A stretch of DNA of 64,000 nucleotides from positions 8,835 through 72,834 of the forward strand of contig ONYZ01000010.1 in the NCBI GenBank assembly GCA_900322175.1, given 5' to 3'. Below, piece by piece: positions 40,045 through 50,021 of the stretch. Source of the DNA: an uncultured Prevotella sp. (GTDB lineage: Bacteria > Bacteroidota > Bacteroidia > Bacteroidales > Bacteroidaceae). A program made the position numbers and the translations under genes. Under the pieces are notes generated by a model. The model was given only the letters and a program-made list of their open reading frames with translations, was not told the DNA's origin and ran no database searches. Every line of letters begins with the position of its first letter. Position 1 is the stretch's first letter.

Positions 40045-40887
40045 CATGATGGTATAGAGGTAGACTACTGCTGCAGGTATGGCGAGCAGCGACGAATCGA
40101 AGCGATCGAGCATGCCACCATGACCTGGCAGTATGTTGCCACTATCCTTGATGCCAAGGGTGCGCTTGAAGAGACTCTCGACCAAGTCGCCCCAGGTACC
40201 GAAGATGACTACAGTGAGTCCGAGGCCAGCCCACTCGATAGCTGTAAGTCCCAGTTGATTCATCTGATACAGATCGGTCATATACCATACCAGCACGGCT
40301 ACGGCTATCACAAGGATACCACCACCGATGCTGCCTTCCCAACTCTTTCCCGGAGAAATTCTGGGGAAGAGTTTATGTTTGCCCAGCAACGATCCGCACA
40401 GGTATGCACCTGTGTCGTTCATCCACAGAAACACGAATACCGATAGTGGCAGTATGCCATCGTAAGCCACATAGCCCTGTGGTGCAAGGTGGAATGCCAG
40501 TGTATTGAGCAGCGAGAATGGCAATGCGATATATATCTGTGCCATCATGGTATATGCCCAACTGTGGATGGGGTCTTCGTTCTTGAGATACAGCTCGGCC
40601 ACCATCAGATAGATGATTGACACAAGGTATGGAATGAACACTGCAGAGGGTGTAAGTTCGCTACAGAAACCTGCAACAGCGAAGAAGAAGTACACACCTG
40701 CAACGGTAGAGATCAGCCGATTGACTGTCACCTTCTCGCGCTCGTTAACCAGTCCGGTAAACTCCCAGATGGTAAGACCAGTGATGAGCGCAAACAGTAG
40801 CACCATAGCCTGCGGCCTCAAAAAACTGCACACCAATACGGCCACAAACAGCACGCCAGTAATGGTTCTAACGATAAAATTATTCAT
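40036..40887 (-). CDS. cdsA: Phosphatidate cytidylyltransferase
   Basis: ISPGKSWEG and KDSGNILPGHGGMLDRFDS. Confidence 0.93.
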   Translation of the reverse strand: MNNFIVRTITGVLFVAVLVCSFLRPQAMVLLFALITGLTIWEFTGLVNEREKVTVNRLISTVAGVYFFFAVAGFCSELTPSAVFIPYLVSIIYLMVAELYLKNEDPIHSWAYTMMAQIYIALPFSLLNTLAFHLAPQGYVAYDGILPLSVFVFLWMNDTGAYLCGSLLGKHKLFPRISPGKSWEGSIGGGILVIAVAVLVWYMTDLYQMNQLGLTAIEWAGLGLTVVIFGTWGDLVESLFKRTLGIKDSGNILPGHGGMLDRFDSSLLAIPAAVVYLYTIMLL

Positions 40888-42958
40888 CTTTACCCTCCTT
40901 TTCCTCTGTTTTATTCTCTAAGGCCTTCTGCTCATTGGCTTTAGCCTCGGCTTCGAGTTCCTTGGCGCGCTCTTCGGCCATGCGTTCGGCATCGGCCTTC
41001 ATCTGGGCCTCCAGAAGTTCTTCGGCTCTGCTAGTCCAGGGACGCTTGCCGAAGATACGCTCTACATCCTCGGCGAAGATTACCTCACGATCAATCAGCA
41101 ACTGAGCCAACTGGGCATGACCATCCTTGTGCTCAGTCAGTATCTTCTTGGCACGCTCGTACTGCTCGTTGATCATACGCATCACCTCGTCGTCCATAAT
41201 CTTTGCGGTAGTCTCAGAATATGGCTTCTGGAACTGATACTCGGCATTATTATAGTAGCACACGTTAGGCAACTTGTCGCTCATACCGGCAAAGGCCACC
41301 ATACCATAAGCCTGCTTGGTGGTACGCTCAAGGTCGTTCATAGCACCTGTAGAGATATGACCCACAAACAGCTCCTCGGCAGCACGACCTCCGAGCAGTG
41401 AACACATCTCGTCGAGCATAGCCTCCTTGGTCTGTAACACACGCTCCTCAGGCAGGTACCATGCAGCACCAAGAGCCTGGCCACGTGGCACAATCGAAAC
41501 CTTGACCAGTGGGTTGGCAAACTCAGTAAACCACGAAATAGTGGCATGACCAGCCTCGTGGATAGCTATCGAGCGCTTCTCGGCCTGTGTCATCACCTTA
41601 GTCTTCTTCTCAAGTCCGCCAATGATACGGTCGACAGCATCGAGGAAGTTCTGCTTGGTAACAGTAGGATTATTGTGACGGGCTGCTATCAGCGCAGCCT
41701 CATTACATACGTTGGCAATATCGGCACCCGAGAAACCAGGAGTCTGACGAGCCAGGAAGTCGATATCCACGCTCTCATCGATCTTGATGGGCTTCAGGTG
41801 TACCTTGAATACCTCCTTACGCTCATTCAGGTCGGGCAGGTCGACATGTATCTGACGATCGAAACGACCAGCACGAAGCAGTGCCGAGTCGAGCATATCG
41901 GCACGGTTGGTAGCAGCCAAGATGATGACACCGCTATTTGTACCGAATCCGTCCATCTCTGTGAGCAGAGCGTTCAGAGTGTTCTCGCGCTCATCATTGC
42001 CACCCATCGCGGGGTTTTTGCTACGGGCACGACCCACAGCATCAATCTCGTCGATGAAGATGATACAAGGGCTCTTGGTCTTGGCTTGCTGAAACAGATC
42101 GCGAACACGCGATGCACCAACACCCACAAACATCTCAACGAAATCCGAACCACTCATCGAGAAGAATGGCACACCTGCCTCGCCAGCCACAGCCTTGGCA
42201 AGCAGAGTCTTACCTGTACCCGGAGGGCCCACAAGCAGGGCTCCCTTGGGTATCTTACCTCCCAGATCGGTATATTTCTGTGGATTCTTCAGGAAGTCTA
42301 CTATCTCCTGTATCTCCTGCTTAGCTCCTGCCTGTCCGGCTACATCCTTGAATGTGATACCAAGCTCGCCACCCTTTTCGTACATCTTGGCCTTGCTCTT
42401 GCCCACATTAAAGACGCCACCGCCCATGCCGCCTCCGCCGCCGCCCATACGACGCATAAAGAATATCCATATACCTACTATAAATAAGATAGGTAGGATA
42501 TTAATGAGGATATTGCTAAAGAAATCATTATCTCGACGATTATCGAACGACAAGTCTCCAGTGAACACCTTGTCCTCCTTGGCTTTGGCAATGAACTGCT
42601 CTACCTGGTCGACGCTTCCGAACTCAACCTCGAGATATGGTTCTACACCAGTCTGCTTGGCACTCTGCTTAAACACATCGCGAATGTGCTCAGGCTTTAC
42701 ATACATACGCAATACACTCTGTGGCTTGTTGACCACAATCTTCTTAGCATAGCCATGCTCTACCATCGACTTAAAATCAGTGTACGATGCCGTCTTTGCT
42801 ATACTGCTATTCTCAGGACCGCCACTGGTAAACCACAATAGTCCCAATGCTAATATTGCGATGAAGTATATCCAGTTCATATTAAACTTAGGCATATTCA
42901 TCTTTGGTCCATTTCCTCCGTTGCCCATATTATTATTTGGCTTTTGATTATTCTCCAT
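40880..42958 (-). CDS. ftsH: ATP-dependent zinc metalloprotease FtsH
   Basis: Two TMs, [17 protein letters not shown] and HEAGH. Confidence 0.95.
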   Translation of the reverse strand: MENNQKPNNNMGNGGNGPKMNMPKFNMNWIYFIAILALGLLWFTSGGPENSSIAKTASYTDFKSMVEHGYAKKIVVNKPQSVLRMYVKPEHIRDVFKQSAKQTGVEPYLEVEFGSVDQVEQFIAKAKEDKVFTGDLSFDNRRDNDFFSNILINILPILFIVGIWIFFMRRMGGGGGGMGGGVFNVGKSKAKMYEKGGELGITFKDVAGQAGAKQEIQEIVDFLKNPQKYTDLGGKIPKGALLVGPPGTGKTLLAKAVAGEAGVPFFSMSGSDFVEMFVGVGASRVRDLFQQAKTKSPCIIFIDEIDAVGRARSKNPAMGGNDERENTLNALLTEMDGFGTNSGVIILAATNRADMLDSALLRAGRFDRQIHVDLPDLNERKEVFKVHLKPIKIDESVDIDFLARQTPGFSGADIANVCNEAALIAARHNNPTVTKQNFLDAVDRIIGGLEKKTKVMTQAEKRSIAIHEAGHATISWFTEFANPLVKVSIVPRGQALGAAWYLPEERVLQTKEAMLDEMCSLLGGRAAEELFVGHISTGAMNDLERTTKQAYGMVAFAGMSDKLPNVCYYNNAEYQFQKPYSETTAKIMDDEVMRMINEQYERAKKILTEHKDGHAQLAQLLIDREVIFAEDVERIFGKRPWTSRAEELLEAQMKADAERMAEERAKELEAEAKANEQKALENKTEEKEGKDE

Positions 42959-42987
42959 ATTATCAATTGTCAATTATCAACTATCAA

Positions 42988-43338
42988 TTACTCCAAATCC
43001 GGAACTCGTGTCAGAGGGGCATCTTCCCACAGATGCTCCAGATCATAATACTCGCGCACGTCGGGCAGGAACACATGTACCAGTACATCGGTATAGTCCA
43101 TTGCTACCCACTGTGCATTCTCAAGTCCTACCACGTGTGCAGGTTTCTCACCCAACTTCTCGCGCACCACATCGCTTATCGACTCGGCGATAGCTTCTAC
43201 CTGTGTTGGCGAATTGCCAGTGCAAATCATAAAGTACTGGCAGATAGTTCCCTCTATTTTTGTCAGGTCGGCCACAACAATATCGCTGCCTTTCTTGTCC
43301 TGAATCGCTTCTTTAATCGTCTCTACTAGTTGTATCAT
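42988..43338 (-). CDS. rsfS: Ribosome silencing factor
   Basis: IQDKKGSDIVV, WVAMDY and REYYDLEHLW; start reassigned to ATG 43338. Confidence 0.9.
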   Translation of the reverse strand: MIQLVETIKEAIQDKKGSDIVVADLTKIEGTICQYFMICTGNSPTQVEAIAESISDVVREKLGEKPAHVVGLENAQWVAMDYTDVLVHVFLPDVREYYDLEHLWEDAPLTRVPDLE

Positions 43339-43514
43339 TAAAAAATATCTATTATTTGTGCACAAAGGTACTGTAAATTGGCCAAAAAACAAAGAAAAAC
43401 AGAAAAAATTGCGTTTTTTTATAAATTTTCTCCAAAAAATTTTGGTAGTTCGAGAAAAAGTCGTACCTTTGCACCCGCAAAACAGAACAAGAGAGTTCTC
43501 AAGCAAAAACATTT

Positions 43515-43602
43515 TGGGGTATGGTGTAATGGTAACACTGCAGATTCTGGTCCTGCCTTTCTTCTGGTCCTGCCTTTCCTGGTTCGAGTCCGGGTACCCC
43601 AA
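43515..43602 (+). tRNA. tRNA-Gln(CTG) carrying a 17-nt internal tandem duplication
   Basis: TGGGGTA/TACCCCA acceptor; GGTTCGAGTCC T-arm; TTCTGGTCCTGCCTTTC at both 43545-43561 and 43562-43578. Confidence 0.85.
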
Positions 43603-43604
43603 CT

Positions 43605-43639
43605 AAAAAGTCGCTAAGCTAAAGCTTAGCGATTTTTTT
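43605..43639 (+). terminator. tRNA terminator
   Basis: TCGCTAAGC/GCTTAGCGA stem plus T7. Confidence 0.8.
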
Positions 43640-43798
43640 ATGCAAAAAAACACTATTTCCTTTGATGATTACAAAAAAAGTCTTATCTTTGCATCACTTT
43701 TACAAATTTAACTAATTAATTAAAAAAGCACCTTTGGTGGTAAAACTGGGCTCACCCCATTTGGTGTACAACCTAAACGAGCCCTCCTAAAACAATAT

Positions 43799-44863
43799 AT
43801 GAAAAAGAATTTTTTCTTTAAGAGTTCAATCGTAGCTGCAGTAGCCCTGCTCATGACTGCATGTACTGCCGCTGATGACAATCCTGTTGTACCAGAGGAG
43901 TTGTACGATCTTGACGTAACTGCTCTTGTAGCTACCAATGGCTGGGGTGGCAGTTGGTGCGCTACTCAGTATGCTCCTGCAGTAAAGACTGCTGATGGAC
44001 GTGTAAGTCAGATGATGGAGAACTACCAGACCAATGTGGATGCTACAGGTGTAATACTCCAGCAGACCCTCGAAGGACTTAAGAACGGTAACTACAAGGT
44101 TGAACTGTATGCAAATGCATTCTATACCGACGGTCGTGGCTTCGAGTCAGACATGCAGGATGGTGCTATGGATGTAGCTTATGTATTCGCTAACGAAGTA
44201 AAATGTCCTATTGTAGGACAGATTGCTACCGCTACCAATAAGAATGGTGAATATGCCCTCGAGGTAAAGGTTACCGATGGAACACTGACACTGGGTCTTG
44301 GCAAGGAAAAGGCTGGTACCAACTGGCACACAATCCAGATTAAGTCGCTGGTTCTGGAGAACGGAACAAATGTTAAGCCTGAGACTCCAGAGGAAGTTGA
44401 TAACACAGACTTTACCGAGCTCGTTTTGTTGGATAAGGACTCATGGAATGCAGGTGGCTATTACGGAGTTAATGTTGCAACTACTGACGGCAGAATCGGA
44501 TCTATGGTAGAGCATTACTATAGTGGCTTCCCATGTGATGAGTTCCCAATGCATCAGACAGTTTCTGGTTTGGAGGATGGCACATATACAGTTGTACTTA
44601 ATGCAACCTCTAATCTGGCATGGATTAGTTCTGACGTTGAAGCTGGTGCTATGGATGTTGCCTATGTATATGCTAAGTGTGGCGACAAAGTTGTGAAGCA
44701 GCCTATCCCAGCAGGTAGAGAGACAGGCTTCACTGAGCCAGGCGAATATACGATTGAGATTGATGTAACAGGTGGCGAAATAGAACTCGGCTTTGGTCTG
44801 GAGAAACTGGATATGACCAACTGGCACACTATCCAGATTAAGTCTCTGACATTGAAGAAGTAA
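43799..44863 (+). CDS. Lipoprotein with two internally duplicated beta-sandwich-like domains
   Basis: MTAC lipobox; GAMDVAYVxA and TNWHTIQIKSL each occur twice. Confidence 0.75.
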   Translation: MKKNFFFKSSIVAAVALLMTACTAADDNPVVPEELYDLDVTALVATNGWGGSWCATQYAPAVKTADGRVSQMMENYQTNVDATGVILQQTLEGLKNGNYKVELYANAFYTDGRGFESDMQDGAMDVAYVFANEVKCPIVGQIATATNKNGEYALEVKVTDGTLTLGLGKEKAGTNWHTIQIKSLVLENGTNVKPETPEEVDNTDFTELVLLDKDSWNAGGYYGVNVATTDGRIGSMVEHYYSGFPCDEFPMHQTVSGLEDGTYTVVLNATSNLAWISSDVEAGAMDVAYVYAKCGDKVVKQPIPAGRETGFTEPGEYTIEIDVTGGEIELGFGLEKLDMTNWHTIQIKSLTLKK

Positions 44864-44887
44864 ACAAACGAGTTCGCTTTATAGATA

Positions 44888-44930
44888 AAAAGAATCGCTA
44901 AGTGCAATGCTTAGCGATTCTTATTTTTTT
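44888..44930. terminator. Bidirectional terminator
   Basis: AAGAATCGCTAAG/CTTAGCGATTCTT stem flanked by A- and T-runs. Confidence 0.8.
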
Positions 44931-45415
44931 TAATACTCTGTCTTATCAGTTTTCTCTGTCCATAGGCGGAACGTGTGCAATGCCTCGTCACGCAGCAATG
45001 GCACGATGGGGACGGTGCGCTCATTCATCGGACGGTCCAACTCCTCATAGATAAAGTCGTCGGCAAACTGGATATCACGGGCATCCTTGCGGGTATTGCC
45101 ATAGAAAATCTTTCCAATACGAGCCCAATAGATGGCTCCAAGACACATCGGACATGGTTCGCACGATGTGTAAATGGTACATCCCGAGAGGTCGAAGGTA
45201 CGCAATTTTCTACACGCCTCACGAATAGTGTTCACTTCAGCATGTGCTGTAGGGTCATTGTCGATGGTTACGCTATTACTGCTACCAGCCACTACCTCAC
45301 CATCCTTTACTATCACTGCGCCAAAGGGACCACCGCCTCGCTCAACACTTTCGTTGGCGAGGCGGATAGCTTCTCTCATAAACAGCTTATCTTGCTCTGT
45401 TATTATCATCCGCAT
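44930..45415 (-). CDS. Nucleoside/guanine deaminase (CDA fold)
   Basis: GGPFGAVIV, DPTAHAEV and SCEPCPMC. Confidence 0.88.
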   Translation of the reverse strand: MRMIITEQDKLFMREAIRLANESVERGGGPFGAVIVKDGEVVAGSSNSVTIDNDPTAHAEVNTIREACRKLRTFDLSGCTIYTSCEPCPMCLGAIYWARIGKIFYGNTRKDARDIQFADDFIYEELDRPMNERTVPIVPLLRDEALHTFRLWTEKTDKTEY

Positions 45416-47262
45416 TATTGTTTGTTTTCTGCATCAATTGCCTTAATCTTCTCGCGAATCAGGTTCATATCGTCCTTCAACTTCTGTACCTTGCGATTCA
45501 TCTCGTCGATAAGACTGTTACCCTTCTTCGAACTTGCATTAAGGAAGCCCAAATTGTTCTCGTAGGTCTGAATCTCCTGCTTCAGAGCCTCGTACTGATG
45601 GAACAGGCGTGCACGCTCGTTATCGAGTGCATTCTCGCCACGCTCAGCCACATTCTTCAGATTTTGCTTGAAGCTGTTAAGACGGCGCTTGGCTGTACTG
45701 ATGTTCAGATCCTTATAGAGTTTGTCGAGGACGGCATGATACTCCTTGTAAACATTGTCCTTCTCTTTATAAGGTACGTGACCTACTGAGTTATACTCAT
45801 CAACCAACTTCTGTACCTTATCGGCCTGATCGTCGCCAGTCTCCTCAGCGACAGCCTTCAGGCGCTGGATGATGTCGAGTTTCTTATCCAGATTCTCACG
45901 CTCCTCGCCACGCTGACCTGCACCTGCTGCATTACGTGCCTCGAAGAATGCGTTGCAAGCTGCTAGGAACTCAGCCCATAGCTGGTCGCCCAACTTCTTA
46001 GGAACCATACCAATAGTCTTCCACTCCTTCTGCATAGCTACGAACTTGTCGCCTGTTGACTTCCAGTCGGTAGAATCCTGCAGTGACTTTGCCTTCTCGA
46101 TCAGAGCACGTTTCTTCTCGGCATTCTCCTTGAATGTCTCCTTCAAGCCCTTGAAATAAGCAGCCTTACGACCAAAGAAGTCGTCGCAAGCAGCACGGAA
46201 ACGCTCGAAGATCTTAACGTTCATCTTCTGTGGAGCGAAACCAATGGTTTTCCACTCTGTCTGGATATCAATAATCTGCTTGGTGTGCTTCTCCCAGTCG
46301 CCACTACCCTTGTTCTCTTCGGCTGCTATGGCTTCAACCTTCTCGCAGAGTACTGTCTTGCGCGCCAGGTTATCTTCCTCCTTGGCACGAACACCCTCGA
46401 AGTGCTGCTGATGGCGCTTATTGATGACGCTAGAAGCAGCCTTGAAGCGATTCCAGATTTCCTCGCGCATTTCCTTAGCTACAGGACCAATCTCGCGATA
46501 CTCCTGGTGCAACTTCTGCAACTGGTGGAATGCACTGATCACATCCTCCTCGTCGGCCAGTTTCTCAGCAGCCTCGCAGAGTGCTGTCTTAAGTTCAAAG
46601 TTCTTCTTGAAGTCATACTCGCGTGCCTCGCTATTAAGGCGAAGCATATCGTAGAACTGCTCTACGTACAACTGATAGTTGCGCCATAACTCGTTGGCCT
46701 TCTCAGCTGGCACATTCTTTATCTCGCGCCACTGCTCCTGCAGGGACTTAAACTCCTTATAATTCTTGTTTGCCTCATCAGGGGTGGTAATCATGGCCTT
46801 AATTCGGTCGATGATAGCGAGCTTCTTCTCCAGGTTTTCCTGCTTTTCAGCTTCGATCTCCTTGAAAATCTTTGCACGCTTCTCCTTGATAATTCCCATC
46901 TCAGCCTTGAACGACTCCTCATCGGGGTCTGGTGTGTACTGATACTGATTGGGATCGCCGCCTGCATCCAGATAAGCCTTAAGCTTAGCCTCACGCTCAG
47001 CCACATGGAGCTTGTAGAAAGAAGACTTAAGATACTCAATCTCTTCCTTCTGTGGTGTTTCATCACCATGGGCGATGTCCTGCAGACGATGCAGCACGTC
47101 GGCTTTAGTTTCATAGACTACACGAGCCTGCTCTTCAGCCTGCTCTGTGCTTTCAGTTGTTTCTACTTGAGGTTCGTTCTCAATTGTCTGAGATGTAACT
47201 TCCTCATTAACTACTTCTTCGTTTGTACCCTGTTCCAGGATATTCTCTTGAGAGTCCATCAT
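45415..47262 (-). CDS. DUF349 repeat protein
   Basis: Repeated WKxIGxVP...W.RF..A...FF helical units. Confidence 0.85.
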   Translation of the reverse strand: MMDSQENILEQGTNEEVVNEEVTSQTIENEPQVETTESTEQAEEQARVVYETKADVLHRLQDIAHGDETPQKEEIEYLKSSFYKLHVAEREAKLKAYLDAGGDPNQYQYTPDPDEESFKAEMGIIKEKRAKIFKEIEAEKQENLEKKLAIIDRIKAMITTPDEANKNYKEFKSLQEQWREIKNVPAEKANELWRNYQLYVEQFYDMLRLNSEAREYDFKKNFELKTALCEAAEKLADEEDVISAFHQLQKLHQEYREIGPVAKEMREEIWNRFKAASSVINKRHQQHFEGVRAKEEDNLARKTVLCEKVEAIAAEENKGSGDWEKHTKQIIDIQTEWKTIGFAPQKMNVKIFERFRAACDDFFGRKAAYFKGLKETFKENAEKKRALIEKAKSLQDSTDWKSTGDKFVAMQKEWKTIGMVPKKLGDQLWAEFLAACNAFFEARNAAGAGQRGEERENLDKKLDIIQRLKAVAEETGDDQADKVQKLVDEYNSVGHVPYKEKDNVYKEYHAVLDKLYKDLNISTAKRRLNSFKQNLKNVAERGENALDNERARLFHQYEALKQEIQTYENNLGFLNASSKKGNSLIDEMNRKVQKLKDDMNLIREKIKAIDAENKQ

Positions 47263-47375
47263 TTAACTATTAAATTATTACTAAATGATGCTTAGCATCA
47301 TCACATTTGGCGTCAAAATTAAACATTATTATTTAAATAACCTAATTTTTTCGTGATTTTTTGCACTTTTATTGT

Positions 47376-48302
47376 CTAAACTAGTCGTTTATGGCGGAAA
47401 ATACCCCATGCAATGGCCGAAATAACCACCGAAAGTACCATCGCCAACACAAATCCCCATGGTTTGGATTCCATACCGTTTATTAAGTTCATACCGAACA
47501 TCGACGTCACCAGTGTAGGTATCATCATAAGAATAGTTACCGTTGTAAGTGTACGCATCACGGTATTCATATTGTTGTTGATAATACTCTGATATGTGTC
47601 CATCGTCGACTCTAGAATATTAGAGTAAATCATAGTGGTTTCGCGAGCCTGTGTCATCTCGATGTTAACGTCCTCGATAAGGTCGGCATCAAGTTCGTCA
47701 ATCTGTAGTTTGAACTTCAGTTTTGACAATAGCGTCTCGTTGCCTCGGATGGATGTCTGGAAGTAAGTGAGCGAGTCTTGCAGTCGGCTCAGACCTATCA
47801 GGCTCTCGTTGTTCACTTCCTTATCCAGGTTGCGCTTGGCCTTGTCTACCAGCATAGATATCTGCTTGAGTCGCTTAAGGTACCACACAGCACTCGAAAG
47901 GAACAAACGGAAAATCATATCCACATGGTCAGTGAATCCCTCGCCACGCTTCTGCTGGAAACTTACAAAGTCAATCATCACATTGGTCTCGTAGAAACAC
48001 ACGGTGATGGTGACATCGCGCTTGTGAATGATACCAAGAGGTACGGTGGTATATGGCGTGCGCGAGCGTATCTCCTTGACATAAGGTATACGCAGGATGA
48101 TGAGCATCCATCCGTCGTCGTACTCATAACGGGCACGCTCATCGGTATCGCTTATATCCGACATGAAATAGTCGGGTATATTAAACTTCTCTTCTAATTC
48201 ACGCTGGTCGTCTTCAGTAGGGCATGTCACCTGTATCCAGCAATTGGGCTGCCACTCTTTTATCTGGGTCAGTCCACCTTGGGTATTCCAGAATGTCTTC
48301 AT
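47376..48302 (-). CDS. corA: CorA-family Mg2+ transporter
   Basis: IINNNMN, GMN signature (SMFGMN) and two C-terminal TMs. Confidence 0.88.
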   Translation of the reverse strand: MKTFWNTQGGLTQIKEWQPNCWIQVTCPTEDDQRELEEKFNIPDYFMSDISDTDERARYEYDDGWMLIILRIPYVKEIRSRTPYTTVPLGIIHKRDVTITVCFYETNVMIDFVSFQQKRGEGFTDHVDMIFRLFLSSAVWYLKRLKQISMLVDKAKRNLDKEVNNESLIGLSRLQDSLTYFQTSIRGNETLLSKLKFKLQIDELDADLIEDVNIEMTQARETTMIYSNILESTMDTYQSIINNNMNTVMRTLTTVTILMMIPTLVTSMFGMNLINGMESKPWGFVLAMVLSVVISAIAWGIFRHKRLV

Positions 48303-48400
48303 TTTGCTAATCCTTAATTTAAAATTGACAATTTAAAATTGACAATTGATAATTGACTTAGCGGCAAGAGGATTAGCGGTCTTGCCTGCCACCCTCCAGC

Positions 48401-48436
48401 CTAACAGTTGTTACTATTCGCCGGGTAATCGTCCAT
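48401..48436 (-). CDS. Putative corA leader peptide MDDYPANSNNC
   Basis: ATG..TAG in the corA leader, after a TACCTTTG promoter and before alternative hairpins. Confidence 0.5.
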   Translation of the reverse strand: MDDYPANSNNC

Positions 48437-48563
48437 AACTTGTTAATATTTTGATTTATCGGGTGCAAAGGTAAAAAAAAAGCGCGGACCTGCCAAGCAA
48501 ATCCGCGATTTTTTTATTTCATTTTTTTGAAATTTTGAATTTTCAATTATCAATTATCAATTT

Positions 48564-50021
48564 TCACTTCTCCGGTATCACCTCGAGTGCGCGCTTGAGC
48601 AGTGTCCAGAATGGATCGACTGTAGCGATGAGTGCACGTTCGGTAGTGGTGTGAGGCGATTTCATGGTAGGACCAAAGCTTACTACATCCAGATGTGGAT
48701 ACTTGCCAAGGATGATAGAGCACTCCAGTCCGGCATGATCAACCTGAATGATGCCATCAGCACCAAACAGAGCCTTGTACTCCTTGCAGAGAAGGTTCAG
48801 GATTTCGCTCTCTGGGTTTGGATCCCAACCACCGTAGCTACCAGCAGTCTGCACCTTCATACCAGCCATGCTGAAGCAGCTCTCGAGAGTCTTAACGATA
48901 TAGTCCTTCATATCCTCACGACTAGAGCGGGCCAGAATCTTAAGCGATGCCTTACCCTCACCGATGTTGATGATAGCCAGATTGCTAGATGTCTCAACTA
49001 CGCTGGGATAGCTTGGGATCATGCGGATCACACCATCGTGGCAGCCATAGATGGCATTAATCAGGTTGTCCTGAATCTCAACAGGCACTTCCATCTTTGG
49101 TGTCTCTACATCCTCACAGATTACCTCGATACCACTCTCGATGCCCTTGTACTCATCCTGGAAGTCATCCTGCCAGTCAGCAGCAAGCTCCTTAAGGGCA
49201 GCTACGTTCTCCTTAGGCAAAGTGAGCACAGCCTCGGCCTTGAATGGGATGGCGTTACGCATGTTGCCACCCTGCCAACTGGCCAGACGGGCATCGCACT
49301 CCTCGATAGCCTCGCGAACCAGACGAACCAACAGCTTGTTGGCATTTCCACGCCCCTCGTGAATCTCAAGTCCTGAGTGTCCACCACGCAGGCCTTTTAC
49401 AGTAACCTTTACTGCAGCATCGTCAGTCTCGGTCTCTACCTCTTTATAGTCGAGAGTAGCAGTTACATCGATACCACCAGCGCTACCGATAACGAATTTG
49501 CCCCAATGCTCTGAGTCGAGGTTCATTAGGATGTCGCCATTTAGCTCGCCGGCGGGCAGAGCGTTGGCACCAAACATGCCTGTCTCCTCATCGGCAGTAA
49601 TCAGAGCCTCGATAGGCCCATGCTTCAGTGTCTTATCCTCCATCACTGCCATAATGGCAGCCACACCCAATCCATTGTCGGCACCCAGTGTTGTGCCCTT
49701 GGCCTTTACCCACTCGCCATCAATCCATGGCTGGATAGGATCGGTCTCAAAGTTATGGGTACTCTCGGGAGTCTTTTGTGGCACCATGTCCATATGGGCC
49801 TGCAGGATAACACCCTTCTTATTCTCCATACCAGGAGTAGCGGGTTTACGCATCACGATGTTATCAGCGGGATCTTTAAAGGCTTCCACACCTGCCTGCT
49901 TAGCAAAATCGAGCAGGAATTGCTGTACTTTCTCCAAATGTCCTGATGGACGTGGAACTTGTGTGAGTGCGTAGAAATTCTTCCAAATGCACTCGGGTTT
50001 CAGATTCTTAATCTCACTCAT
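48564..50021 (-). CDS. pepD: Aminoacyl-histidine dipeptidase
   Basis: LQAHMDMV, TTLGADNG, DEETG, GGHSG and HAGLEC. Confidence 0.92.
   Translation of the reverse strand: MSEIKNLKPECIWKNFYALTQVPRPSGHLEKVQQFLLDFAKQAGVEAFKDPADNIVMRKPATPGMENKKGVILQAHMDMVPQKTPESTHNFETDPIQPWIDGEWVKAKGTTLGADNGLGVAAIMAVMEDKTLKHGPIEALITADEETGMFGANALPAGELNGDILMNLDSEHWGKFVIGSAGGIDVTATLDYKEVETETDDAAVKVTVKGLRGGHSGLEIHEGRGNANKLLVRLVREAIEECDARLASWQGGNMRNAIPFKAEAVLTLPKENVAALKELAADWQDDFQDEYKGIESGIEVICEDVETPKMEVPVEIQDNLINAIYGCHDGVIRMIPSYPSVVETSSNLAIINIGEGKASLKILARSSREDMKDYIVKTLESCFSMAGMKVQTAGSYGGWDPNPESEILNLLCKEYKALFGADGIIQVDHAGLECSIILGKYPHLDVVSFGPTMKSPHTTTERALIATVDPFWTLLKRALEVIPEK

Noticed and set aside
41546..42487. Long antisense ORFs opposite ftsH (and similarly opposite meaB, pepD and the RND permease)
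   Set aside because: Typical antisense open frames caused by codon bias in conserved genes
43339..43617. Extended rsfS ORF and ORFs 43358-43606 and 43378-43617
   Set aside because: They run through the promoter and tRNA-Gln; shadow frames
43720..43798. Possible riboswitch before the duplicated-domain lipoprotein
   Set aside because: Only a GGGCTC/GAGCCC pairing is visible; no riboswitch consensus that I can recognise
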